Shown here: piece by piece, positions 49,199 to 58,518 of the stretch
How the letters are laid out: the number at the start of each line of letters is the position of its first letter
Position numbering within the stretch: the stretch's first letter is position 1
NCBI GenBank assembly: GCA_938082715.1
Contig: CALKCR010000023.1
Location: 33,204-97,203, forward strand
Reading direction: 5' to 3'
DNA from: an uncultured Flavobacteriaceae bacterium
Lineage (GTDB): Bacteria; Bacteroidota; Bacteroidia; Flavobacteriales; Flavobacteriaceae
DNA length: 64,000 bases
The notes under the pieces: generated by a model
Seen by the model: the letters and a program-made list of their open reading frames with translations, nothing else
What the model was told of the DNA's origin: nothing
Database searches by the model: none
Translations under genes and position numbers: made by a program

Positions 49199-50901
49199 TA
49201 GCCTTGCTTTTTACTTTTCCTCTTTCGGTAATAAACATAGCCCTGCCAGATCACAATTAGAACGACAAAGTAGGGGAAGTAGGATACTCTTTTTCCGGAT
49301 CCGCCAACGGTGGAAAAGACCCTGTCCCAACGTACTTTCCAATTTCGGATCCCATCATTAATCCCATCAATGCTGAACCATATAAAAACGGGTTTTCCAA
49401 CGATATGGTCTTCGGGAACAAATCCCCAAAAACGACTGTCTTCCGAACGATGACGGTTATCTCCCATCATCCAGTAATAGTCCATTTCAAATGTGTATTG
49501 AGTACTTTTTTCCCCGTTGATCAGTATGGTATTACCATAGGTTTTTAGCTCGTTTTTTTCATAATCAACGATGATTTTTTTAAAAAGGGGGAGGTTGCTT
49601 AAATTTAAATCTACTGTTACTCCTGCTTTGGGTATGACAATTGGCCCTAAATTATCTTGGTTCCAGTCAAATGGAATTTTATTGGGAAAAAAGGAGGAAT
49701 TGGGTGTTTTGATTTTTTGGTTTCTCTGAACAATACTGTCTATCCAGTTTTGTTTTTCGATTTTTTCTACCTCCTCAACGGTTAAATTTAAATCTTTTGT
49801 TTTTTCAAGTACTTCACTGGCTCTCAATCCCAAAGACCGAACCAAATCAATAGGCAATCCTGTATGGCGGGTGATCACCGTAAAGTTGTCTTTGCTACTT
49901 CCTTGGGTGCCAACCAAATAAGGTGCGATTTGTTCGTAACTGCTTTGTGAGATGTTTTCGATTCTGAACCTTCTGTAAAAATCTTTTATACCGAGATCTA
50001 CCAGTTTTCTGGAAGAGACACCTTTATTGCTGTAAGCTTTAAAATTGTATTGCACTTTTGCTCTGTCCGGTAAAATATTTTTCGCTCCATTGATGTGAAC
50101 AAAACCGCCAATGATTTCGAGTGTATCTCCCGCTATACCAACACATCTTTTGACGTAATTTGACTTTTTATCCAACGGTTTTTTGACTCCGGCCTCTTTT
50201 ACAAAAAATCTTCTCACCGTATCCGCAGGCCAATTGAATACTACTATATCATTTCTTTTGATTTTTTGAATTCTTGGCAGCCTTAGATAAGGCAATTGAG
50301 GATGATTGGAATAGGATCTTGTCTTCAGTATAGGAAGGGTATCATGAACCATAGGAAATGCTAATGTGGTTGAAGGAATTCGGGCACCATAATGGAATTT
50401 GCTTACAAATAAAAAGTCACCGATCAATAGGGATTTTTCTAGAGATCCGGTGGGAATGATGTAGGGCTGAAAAAAATAATTATGAACAAAAGTAGCGGCC
50501 ACTACAGCAAAAACAATAGAGCCGATCCACTCACTAAAAACGGATCTTGAAATTTGTTTTTTGTTGGAAATGTATTTTGGCGTTCTTTGATAATTGATGG
50601 TGTAAATGTAAAACCCTAAACTTACAACAGCCAAGACCCCGTCCATGCTTTTGTTTTTTCCAAAATATTTTACTGTATCGATCCACAAGATCATAAACAT
50701 CATCAGATTGATGACCGGTAAAAACAATAACAACACCCACCATTTGGGACGGTGAATGATCTTGAGTAAAATGATGGCATTGTATATGGGCACAATGGCC
50801 TTCCAAGGTGCTTCTCCTGCGGCCTTATACAATTTCCAAGTTCCTAAAAAGTGAACGACTTGAATTACCAAGACGAAAACAACCCATTGAATTCCACTCA
50901 T
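49198..50901 (-). CDS. lepB: Signal peptidase I (long Bacteroidota form)
   Basis: Catalytic Ser region PTGSLEKSLLIGDFLFVSK, Lys box YVKRCVGIAGD, GDNRHRSEDSRFWGFVP; 567 aa. Confidence 0.9.
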   Translation of the reverse strand: MSGIQWVVFVLVIQVVHFLGTWKLYKAAGEAPWKAIVPIYNAIILLKIIHRPKWWVLLLFLPVINLMMFMILWIDTVKYFGKNKSMDGVLAVVSLGFYIYTINYQRTPKYISNKKQISRSVFSEWIGSIVFAVVAATFVHNYFFQPYIIPTGSLEKSLLIGDFLFVSKFHYGARIPSTTLAFPMVHDTLPILKTRSYSNHPQLPYLRLPRIQKIKRNDIVVFNWPADTVRRFFVKEAGVKKPLDKKSNYVKRCVGIAGDTLEIIGGFVHINGAKNILPDRAKVQYNFKAYSNKGVSSRKLVDLGIKDFYRRFRIENISQSSYEQIAPYLVGTQGSSKDNFTVITRHTGLPIDLVRSLGLRASEVLEKTKDLNLTVEEVEKIEKQNWIDSIVQRNQKIKTPNSSFFPNKIPFDWNQDNLGPIVIPKAGVTVDLNLSNLPLFKKIIVDYEKNELKTYGNTILINGEKSTQYTFEMDYYWMMGDNRHRSEDSRFWGFVPEDHIVGKPVFIWFSIDGINDGIRNWKVRWDRVFSTVGGSGKRVSYFPYFVVLIVIWQGYVYYRKRKSKKQG

Positions 50902-50905
50902 GTGA

Positions 50906-51604
50906 TTATAAATTTAGAACGTCATCCATTTTAAAAATTCCTTTTTTACCAACAATCCATTCTGCAGCGATTACTGCACCGAGGGCAAAGCCTTTTCGGT
51001 TATGGGCTTTGTGTTCGATGGTTATATCGTCGATAGGGGATCCATACTTAATGCTGTGGGTGCCGGGTACCTCGCCCTCCCTCAATGATTGAATGGACAC
51101 ACTGTCTTTTGCTTCTTCATCCAACTTCCACTGGGTGATATCACTGTTTTCGATGATGTCCTCAGCAAGCGTAATAGCGGTTCCACTGGGTGCATCCAAT
51201 TTGTGTATGTGGTGGATTTCCTCCATGGAAACCTTGTATTCTTTTTGGGGTTGCATCATTTGGGCCAAGACCTTGTTTAATTTAAAAAAGAGGTTGACTC
51301 CCACGCTAAAATTAGAAGCGTAAAGGAAAGCTGTATTATTTTCTTGGGCTTTTTGGGCTACTTGTTGATAGGCATCCAACCAGCCGGTGGTGCCACAAAC
51401 TACCGGGACAGCTTGATCCAATGCATTGGAGATGTTTTCCACCGCAGCATCCGGGATACTAAAGTTAATGGCTACATCAGCCTCATGGAGTTTTCCCTCC
51501 CTCAGATTTTTATCCACTTTACAAACGATTTCGTGGCCTCTTTCCAAAGTGATTTGTTCTATCGCTTTGCCCATTCTTCCGTATCCTAATAATGCAAGCT
51601 TCAT
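50906..51604 (-). CDS. dapB: 4-hydroxy-tetrahydrodipicolinate reductase
   Basis: LLGYGRMGK Rossmann motif and EIHHIHKLDAPSGTA catalytic motif; 232 aa. Confidence 0.9.
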   Translation of the reverse strand: MKLALLGYGRMGKAIEQITLERGHEIVCKVDKNLREGKLHEADVAINFSIPDAAVENISNALDQAVPVVCGTTGWLDAYQQVAQKAQENNTAFLYASNFSVGVNLFFKLNKVLAQMMQPQKEYKVSMEEIHHIHKLDAPSGTAITLAEDIIENSDITQWKLDEEAKDSVSIQSLREGEVPGTHSIKYGSPIDDITIEHKAHNRKGFALGAVIAAEWIVGKKGIFKMDDVLNL

Positions 51605-51612
51605 ATCTTTTT

Positions 51613-52167
51613 TTAAAGTTTGACCAAGACCTTTAGACCAACATTGGCATCCGTGCCAAATAATTCGGGTTCAAATTTAGGCTTGACACTTAAATTGTCT
51701 TTTATGTTAAATTGCATCAGATGGGCACTTACGTTGGCATCCAAGATGTTTAACATATAGGTTCCCAATATAAAGAGAAAGGACATATCTCTATAGTTTT
51801 TATGAAATTTCATTCCTTCAAGTAATTTAGTTTTGTTGGGGATCAGCTTGATGAACTCATCATCGGTATAACCACTGTTTCTCCTTTTGTAGGCAGTTCT
51901 ATAGCGGTCTAATTCTTTTTGATTGTAAACATATCCATAGACCGACGCACCGATAGCAGCATAAACAAACGGTACTTTCCAAGCTTTACCGATGTAGATT
52001 TGTCCCAAACCCGGAAGTACGGCAGAATAAAATGCAGCCCGAGAGGGTGTCAAAGGACTTTCGATCAGTCTTTGTTTTCGGGTTTTTTGCTCTTCTTTAG
52101 GGAGTTGTTGAGCAAAAACTTGCAGGTTGAGCAGGATGAGAATTGGGATAAAGACTCTAGTCTTCAC
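51613..52167 (-). CDS. DUF5683 domain-containing protein
   Basis: Signal peptide, SAVLPGLGQIY motif, and the usual flavobacterial position after parB. Confidence 0.6.
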   Translation of the reverse strand: MKTRVFIPILILLNLQVFAQQLPKEEQKTRKQRLIESPLTPSRAAFYSAVLPGLGQIYIGKAWKVPFVYAAIGASVYGYVYNQKELDRYRTAYKRRNSGYTDDEFIKLIPNKTKLLEGMKFHKNYRDMSFLFILGTYMLNILDANVSAHLMQFNIKDNLSVKPKFEPELFGTDANVGLKVLVKL

Positions 52168-53056
52168 GTTTGATTTTTTTGATGATGTCGTTTAGGTCTT
52201 TTTGAGAATTAAATGGGATCTGAATGCTCCCTTTTCCCTTTTCGTTTCCTTTAATGGTGACCGACGTGTTAAAGTAATTTTTAAGATCCTCTGCGGCCTG
52301 ATCATAAAATATCGGTTGGGAGGCTTTTACTTTTCCCGTGGATTGGCCTTTTTTGATTTTTTGAACCAGTAATTCGGTCTCTCTTACGGATAGGGATCTA
52401 GCAATGATTTTTTCATAAATCTCCAATTGCTTTTCACTTTCCTCTACATTGATCAAGGCCCTGCCATGACCCATCGAAAGAAATCCATCCCTCATTCCAG
52501 TTTGGACGACGGGATCCAATTTGAGTAAGCGCATGTAGTTGGCTACGGTAGACCTTTTCTTTCCGACCCTTTCACTCAATTGGTTTTGAGTGAGTTGGAT
52601 TTCATCAATCAAACGTTGATAGGAAAGGGCAACTTCTATAGGGTCTAAGTCTCTTCTTTGGATATTTTCGACCAAAGCCATTTCAAGAGTTTCTTGGTCA
52701 TTGGCAATTCTGACAAAGGCAGGAATGGAGTCAAAATCCAAAGATTTTGCAGCCCGATAACGCCGTTCTCCCGAGACCAATTGATATTGATTTCTACCCA
52801 ATTTCCTTACGGTCACAGGTTGTATAATGCCTAGGGTTTTAATGGATTCTGCCAGTTCTTCAATGGCTTCCTCATTGAAGTGTGTTCTGGGTTGATAGGG
52901 ATTGACCTCTATTTTATCGATCTCGAGATCAATGACGTTGCCCACTACTTGGTCAGCGTTGACATCACTGGCTGATCTAATCTCTAGCTCAGGATCATCC
53001 AGAAGGGCTGAAAGCCCTCTTCCCAAAACCTGTTTTTTGTTTTTCTTAGCCATCAA
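52157..53056 (-). CDS. parB: ParB/Spo0J chromosome partitioning protein
   Basis: GLSALL, GIIQPVTVR, SGERRYRAA, LVENIQRRDL. Confidence 0.9.
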   Translation of the reverse strand: MMAKKNKKQVLGRGLSALLDDPELEIRSASDVNADQVVGNVIDLEIDKIEVNPYQPRTHFNEEAIEELAESIKTLGIIQPVTVRKLGRNQYQLVSGERRYRAAKSLDFDSIPAFVRIANDQETLEMALVENIQRRDLDPIEVALSYQRLIDEIQLTQNQLSERVGKKRSTVANYMRLLKLDPVVQTGMRDGFLSMGHGRALINVEESEKQLEIYEKIIARSLSVRETELLVQKIKKGQSTGKVKASQPIFYDQAAEDLKNYFNTSVTIKGNEKGKGSIQIPFNSQKDLNDIIKKIKRED

Positions 53057-53825
53057 TTATTTTTTTCGTCTTTTTTATGATTTCATTGGCAAGGGAAAGG
53101 TAGTTTTTGGCCCCTTTACTGGTGGCATCATAGTCGATAATACTTTCCCCGAAACTCGGCGCCTCACTCAAGCGGATATTCCGTTGGATAATGGTTTTGA
53201 AAACCATTTTACCGAAGTGCTTTTGAACTTCTTCCACCACTTGATTGGAGAGTCTCAAACGCGAGTCATACATGGTGAGCAACAAGCCTTCGATGTCTAG
53301 GTTTTTGTTGTGTATTTTTTGAACACTTTTAATGGTATTCAAGAGCTTACCCAATCCCTCCAAAGCAAAATATTCACATTGGATGGGTATGATCAATGAG
53401 TTTGCCGCTGCAAGCGCATTCAAGGTGATCAGTCCCAAGGATGGGGCACAATCAATAATGATATAATCATAATTATTTTCAACGGTATCGAGGGATTTTC
53501 TCAGCATGTATTCACGATTTTTTTTATCGACCAATTCGATTTCGGTGGCCACAAGATCGATGTGTGAGGGAATCAAATCGAGATTTGGGGTGCTGGTGGG
53601 GATGATGGTTTGATCAGCTGTGGCAGTATGCTCCAACAATTGATAGGTCCCTAGTTTTTGACTTTTAACCTCAATACCCAAGCCAGATGTGGCATTGGCT
53701 TGTGGATCTGCGTCCACCAACAAAATTTTTTTCTCCAAGATTGCCATTGCTGCCGCTAGGTTAACAGCCGTGGTAGTTTTTCCTACGCCCCCTTTCTGGT
53801 TGGCAATCGCAATAATTTTAGCCAT
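53046..53825 (-). CDS. parA: ParA/Soj chromosome partitioning ATPase
   Basis: Deviant Walker A ANQKGGVGKTTTAVNL; 259 aa; overlaps parB. Confidence 0.9.
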   Translation of the reverse strand: MAKIIAIANQKGGVGKTTTAVNLAAAMAILEKKILLVDADPQANATSGLGIEVKSQKLGTYQLLEHTATADQTIIPTSTPNLDLIPSHIDLVATEIELVDKKNREYMLRKSLDTVENNYDYIIIDCAPSLGLITLNALAAANSLIIPIQCEYFALEGLGKLLNTIKSVQKIHNKNLDIEGLLLTMYDSRLRLSNQVVEEVQKHFGKMVFKTIIQRNIRLSEAPSFGESIIDYDATSKGAKNYLSLANEIIKKTKKIIDG

Positions 53826-53913
53826 TTATCCGGTTGAAATTTTGATAAAAATACAATTAAAATTATGGCTTAAAAAATTATAACAAACTAGATTGGTCAA
53901 AAATGAAGTTAAT

Positions 53914-54207
53914 TTACTGGGGATCCAAACTATCTTCGAACTCAATATAGAAAATGGTCTCATCTTCTTTTTTGTGTCCGTAATTTTCACGGGCAAAGTG
54001 CTCCAAGCTGTCTTTGCTTTTTAATTGTTGAATGCTTCTTTCATCCTTTTCAATCAAATGGATGAGTTCCTTTTTTTGTACTTCAAGTTTGTCGACCTCT
54101 TGGTTTAATTCATGGTGAATCTTTAGTGAGTGTGTATCCAGAAAGATCATCCAAACCAAAAAAACCAAAAAAATAACGATATAGAGATAACGGTAAATTT
54201 TACCCAA
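53914..54207 (-). CDS. Septum formation initiator (FtsB/DivIC-like) protein
   Basis: 97 aa with an N-terminal TM helix then a coiled coil (LEVQKKELIHLIEKDERSIQQLK) and FARENYGHKKEDE. Confidence 0.7.
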   Translation of the reverse strand: MGKIYRYLYIVIFLVFLVWMIFLDTHSLKIHHELNQEVDKLEVQKKELIHLIEKDERSIQQLKSKDSLEHFARENYGHKKEDETIFYIEFEDSLDPQ

Positions 54208-54218
54208 AACGCAATTGA

Positions 54219-54620
54219 TTATTCATTTATACTGGCAACTTGTTCTTCGGTAATCATTCCCTTAAATTCATTACCCCAGTTGTTGAGAATGTAATTCATA
54301 ACATCGGCAATTTCAACATCATCAAGCCCCTGGTCTTGCATGACACCATTGTATTCCTCTCCATTGACCACTATGGGCCCACTCATGCCAAATTTGAGTC
54401 CCCGAATACTCATTTTGGTATTGTTGACCAAATAATCTGATTTTGCCAAAGGGGGGAAAACTCCGGAAACTCCCTCGCCGGTTTCTAAATGACATTGGAT
54501 GCAAAAGTCTTGATAAATTTCTTCCCCATCGGTTATGCTTTGCTCAAGGGGTTTTTTTTGATAGAGCCATGTTACCTCAAAAAGGATGAACAAGCCCACT
54601 ATACCGATAAGTATTTTCAT
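54219..54620 (-). CDS. Membrane-anchored class I c-type cytochrome
   Basis: N-terminal TM anchor, a single CxxCH haem site (CIQCH), and a distal Met region (GVMQDQG); 133 aa. Confidence 0.8.
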   Translation of the reverse strand: MKILIGIVGLFILFEVTWLYQKKPLEQSITDGEEIYQDFCIQCHLETGEGVSGVFPPLAKSDYLVNNTKMSIRGLKFGMSGPIVVNGEEYNGVMQDQGLDDVEIADVMNYILNNWGNEFKGMITEEQVASINE

Positions 54621-55741
54621 TATTTTTGAACCACCTTAAGAATACCCTTTCCTTCAACCCCCAGATAGAGATAACCGTCAGGACCTTCTTTGACGTTTCT
54701 TACCCGTCCGATATCATCAAGGATTTTTTCGCGTTTAACTACTTTTCCTTTTTTGATAACCAAACGTTCCAAATATTTAAATTTCAATGATCCCACAAAA
54801 AGGTTTCCTTTCCATTTTTTATACACATTCGAACTGGAAAAAGCCATTCCACTGGGTGCAATCGACGGTACCCAATAATAAAAAGGTTGTTCCATACCGG
54901 GCATGGACTTCTTGTCAGTAATGGAGGTACCACTGTAGTTAATACCATAGGTAATTAAAGGCCACCCGTAGTTTTTTCCTTTTTGAACAATATTGATTTC
55001 GTCCCCTCCTTTTGGGCCGTGCTCATTTTCCCAGACCTCACCCGTTTTGGGATGAATGGTCATGCCTTGAGGGTTTCTGTGACCGTAGGAGTATACTGCT
55101 TTAAGTGCTCCTTCTTGATCGGCGAAGGGGTTGTCCTCCGGAATACTTCCATCGAGATTCAAACGGTAGATTTTTCCTCCGTCACGTTTGAGGTCTTGAG
55201 GATTTACATCGCGATTTCCACGATCTCCTATGGCAAAAAATAAATGTCCCTTATGGTCAAAAACAATTCTTGATCCCCAGTGCTGTCCCTTTTTGGTATT
55301 GGGCTTGCCTTTGTAGAGAAGCTTTACCTTGGAAAGGCTAGTGCCATTCAATTCAGCACAGTAAAGGGCAGTATTCCCCCCGGCATCACCTTCTATGTGA
55401 ACTGCAGCAGTAAAATAGATCACTTTATTGTTTTTAAAATCAGGATGTAAAGCAACATCCAAGAGGCCTCCTTGCCCTCTTTGATAGATTTCTGGAAGCC
55501 CAGAAACCTCTGCTTTTTCTCCATTTGAGATCCTGTAAAGAATCCCTTTTTTCTCAGTTACCAAAATTTCATTTTCACTGATAAAATCCATTCCCCAAGG
55601 AATCTCTAGCCCATCGACCACGGTTTCGGTAGTGAATTTTGATTGGTCTGGTGTTTTAACCTCAGGCGGATTTTCTTGAGATATACAAGAGATATTACAG
55701 AATACGCCTATGAATAGTGGTGCGAAAAAGTTTTTTGTCAT
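54620..55741 (-). CDS. PQQ-dependent sugar (glucose/sorbosone-type) dehydrogenase, beta-propeller, exported
   Basis: Signal peptide; the motifs GGLLDVALHPDF, YSYGHRNPQG, GPKGGDEIN and GKNYGWP are typical of the soluble aldose dehydrogenase family. Confidence 0.8.
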   Translation of the reverse strand: MTKNFFAPLFIGVFCNISCISQENPPEVKTPDQSKFTTETVVDGLEIPWGMDFISENEILVTEKKGILYRISNGEKAEVSGLPEIYQRGQGGLLDVALHPDFKNNKVIYFTAAVHIEGDAGGNTALYCAELNGTSLSKVKLLYKGKPNTKKGQHWGSRIVFDHKGHLFFAIGDRGNRDVNPQDLKRDGGKIYRLNLDGSIPEDNPFADQEGALKAVYSYGHRNPQGMTIHPKTGEVWENEHGPKGGDEINIVQKGKNYGWPLITYGINYSGTSITDKKSMPGMEQPFYYWVPSIAPSGMAFSSSNVYKKWKGNLFVGSLKFKYLERLVIKKGKVVKREKILDDIGRVRNVKEGPDGYLYLGVEGKGILKVVQK

Positions 55742-55765
55742 ATCAATATAAATTTACACAAATAA

Positions 55766-57121
55766 TTATTTTTCCATCGCTTTTTTATAAGCTTGTGTAG
55801 TGGTATAATATTTACTAATCATATTGGGCACTTCCCATTCCGGTAGTTTACTGTTCTTATAGTACTTCAGGAAGTTGTTCGTAACTTGACCAAAATGAGC
55901 TTCATGCCCAATTTTTAGCACTGTGGGAATTACAATTTTCCATTGCGAGTCTGAGATTTTATCTGCCTCAATTCCCGGATAATCTCCTTGAAGTGATTGA
56001 AGGGCTTGATTTAAGTTGGACTCAAAGTTTTCATCTTGCTCGGCGGAGACATATAGCGTGGGTTTGAAGTTTTCAGCTTCCCCTTGTTTGATGATTAGAT
56101 CACTTTTTGTTCCACGCATGGTACTTTGGTGGGTGTCTCCCGTTCCCTCAGGTGCTTTGTAATTCCATATTACGGAAACCTTTGCGTGCTTTCCCTTTAT
56201 GGTGTAATTGATTTCTCCATTACAGTATATGTTAAGGGTGTCTGACTTGACATCTTTTTGAAGGTATTCGGGGTAGCTGTCCAAACCGGTAATGTTTTTA
56301 AACTGATCAAGAGTTAGGGTAGTGGTCCATCTTTTCGCGGAAATGATTTCAATATCCGATCGGTCAATTATCTGGTTTGGAAAGGCTTCCCATTGCACCA
56401 AATCTACCAAGTGGGTAGTGACATCTACAATGCCCTCTCCCTGTTGGTTTGTATCGAGAAACCATGCAGGTCTAACCAATGGCTTTCCGGAAACGATCTT
56501 TGACAAATGGTGAATGCTTTCTTTACTGATGGACGGTTCTGATGGAGACCCATCCAAAAGCATCCCGAATACTTTGGGTTTCATGGAAAGGGCTTTTTGA
56601 ATCCCTGTGGTAACCTCGAATCGCTCAGTCATGATGTCGTAAACCAAAAGATTTTTCTCTTTGGCGATTTCAAAGACTTTTTCTAGTTTTTTAAAACCTT
56701 CTTGATCAATAACCAGTGGCTTATCGGCATAAACATTCAATCCCGCATTGACAGCCGCCAAAATGTAATCGATTTTTTTGGAGTTTTTACCCGAAACCAC
56801 CATTACATTTCCCGGTTTTTCAGCGATCATTTTTTTGAGATAATCCTCGCTAAAGTGGGTCTTTACCGTCCAGTTTGTGGGGTTTTCAGCCCTGCTATTA
56901 TAACCTTCTATTTTGTTTAAAAAGTCTTTGACCTCTGGTCCTTCGGGGGCATAGACATCAACGGTTGTATCAATGTCCTTATAGGAAGTTTTTTGTATCA
57001 AAGCCGCGTGAAAATGACCAGGGTCGAGGGTCATCAATTTTACTTTCGAGTTTTCTTCTTTTGGTGTGCAACCTGCAATGAATGCAGCAATAGCAATCCA
57101 GTAAAAATTTTTAGTATTCAT
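55766..57121 (-). CDS. Oxidoreductase lipoprotein (Rossmann N-domain plus 'putative oxidoreductase C-terminal domain' type)
   Basis: Lipobox AAFIAGC, the LDPGHFHAAL motif, and ADKPLVID. Confidence 0.6.
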   Translation of the reverse strand: MNTKNFYWIAIAAFIAGCTPKEENSKVKLMTLDPGHFHAALIQKTSYKDIDTTVDVYAPEGPEVKDFLNKIEGYNSRAENPTNWTVKTHFSEDYLKKMIAEKPGNVMVVSGKNSKKIDYILAAVNAGLNVYADKPLVIDQEGFKKLEKVFEIAKEKNLLVYDIMTERFEVTTGIQKALSMKPKVFGMLLDGSPSEPSISKESIHHLSKIVSGKPLVRPAWFLDTNQQGEGIVDVTTHLVDLVQWEAFPNQIIDRSDIEIISAKRWTTTLTLDQFKNITGLDSYPEYLQKDVKSDTLNIYCNGEINYTIKGKHAKVSVIWNYKAPEGTGDTHQSTMRGTKSDLIIKQGEAENFKPTLYVSAEQDENFESNLNQALQSLQGDYPGIEADKISDSQWKIVIPTVLKIGHEAHFGQVTNNFLKYYKNSKLPEWEVPNMISKYYTTTQAYKKAMEK

Positions 57122-57133
57122 TCTAATTTTTAA

Positions 57134-58510
57134 TTAAGCTTTTAATTGATTCGTTCCGTAGGGTTTTCTTTGGGGTCTTGCCAACAGGGCATTGGCCTCA
57201 TCGTCGTTGATGAATTTCTCTGCTTTTGAATCCCATTCAAGTTTACGATTTATTTTCATCGCGATGTGACTGATCAAACAGACCACACATGCCATATGAC
57301 CTATATCGACTGGGGAGATGGGAGCTTTTCTGGACTCAATACAGTCGAGCCAGTTGCCGTGCTGGTCATCAATTTTATAGAGATGGGTTTCATTGGGCCC
57401 AATTTTCGAATCTAGAATTTTTGGATCGGAGGCGTCAAGTGCTTTTTTGCTTTTTTCCTGTGCAACAGGATCAGAGCTTGATGCTACATAAGCCCCCCGT
57501 GATACAAAAATCCAACCTTCGGAACCTTCATATCTTACCCCATTGGGATACCCTCCACTGGTCAAGACAGTGATGCCATTGTCGTATTCGTGTTTGACCA
57601 TGAAATCACCATGGACATTCCATAACCCTGATTTGGGAAAATCTGCAATGGATTGAACCGATGAAGGTCCAACCAATTCGGTATTCATACCCCAAGCAGC
57701 CGAGTCATAGTGGTGTTGTCCCCAACCCGTAATCATTCCTGCACCGTAATTTTCATGTCTGAGCCAACCCGGCCTGCTGTATCCCTTCTGAGGATGAACC
57801 CCAATTTCTGTGTAGGGAACTTCGGGAGTTGAGCCCAACCACATGTCAAAATTCAAATTTTCAGGAATGGGCATGGTAGGTGCCTTGGGCCCTCCTGGAT
57901 CACCGGGAAGCCCAATTTTTACGGTATGTAATTTTCCAATTCTACCGTTTCTTACAAATTCGGCAGCAATTCTAAATTGAGGCATAGCCCTTTGCTGTGT
58001 TCCTACCTGAAGAATGATCTTGTTTTTTTGAACTGCATTGACCAACTGTCTTCCCTCTTCGACGGTCAGGGAGGTGGGTTTCTGAAGATAAATGTCTTTT
58101 CCTGCCATGGCTGCTTCTATTGCAGGTTGAGAGTGCCAGTGGTCGGGAGTAGAGATCAAGACCGCGTCGATGTCTTTGTCCATCAACATTTTACGGTAAT
58201 CTCCATACATCTTTGTGCCTTTGTAGTTGGTTTTTCCTTTTTTCTCTTGATAAAATTGATCGACCAACAACTTTCCGTCTTTCATCCGGTTGGCATCCAC
58301 ATCACAAACTGCCATAACATTGGCGTTGTCAAAGGCCATGGTGTCAATCAGATCATGGGAACGAGCAATACGCCCACAACCTATTTGTCCGATATTAATT
58401 TTGTTACTGGGAGCATTTTTTCCAAGTACATTGGCTGGGACTATTGAAGGGAACCCAACCATAGCTGCTGTTCCTAGTGCGGTTTTACCTATAAATTTTC
58501 TTCTCTTCAT
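57134..58510 (-). CDS. Gfo/Idh/MocA family oxidoreductase with a twin-arginine (Tat) signal
   Basis: MKRRKFIGKTALGTAAMVGF Tat signal, IGQIGCGRIA Rossmann motif, YLQKPTSL (EKP-like) motif; 458 aa. Confidence 0.85.
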   Translation of the reverse strand: MKRRKFIGKTALGTAAMVGFPSIVPANVLGKNAPSNKINIGQIGCGRIARSHDLIDTMAFDNANVMAVCDVDANRMKDGKLLVDQFYQEKKGKTNYKGTKMYGDYRKMLMDKDIDAVLISTPDHWHSQPAIEAAMAGKDIYLQKPTSLTVEEGRQLVNAVQKNKIILQVGTQQRAMPQFRIAAEFVRNGRIGKLHTVKIGLPGDPGGPKAPTMPIPENLNFDMWLGSTPEVPYTEIGVHPQKGYSRPGWLRHENYGAGMITGWGQHHYDSAAWGMNTELVGPSSVQSIADFPKSGLWNVHGDFMVKHEYDNGITVLTSGGYPNGVRYEGSEGWIFVSRGAYVASSSDPVAQEKSKKALDASDPKILDSKIGPNETHLYKIDDQHGNWLDCIESRKAPISPVDIGHMACVVCLISHIAMKINRKLEWDSKAEKFINDDEANALLARPQRKPYGTNQLKA

Positions 58511-58518
58511 TGGTTTGA

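Noticed and set aside
52157-53913. Possible replication origin (oriC) near parAB, recF and yidC.
   Set aside because: I saw no cluster of TTATCCACA-like DnaA boxes or an AT-rich unwinding element in the flanking spacers. These genes are scattered in Bacteroidota genomes and are not origin markers there.
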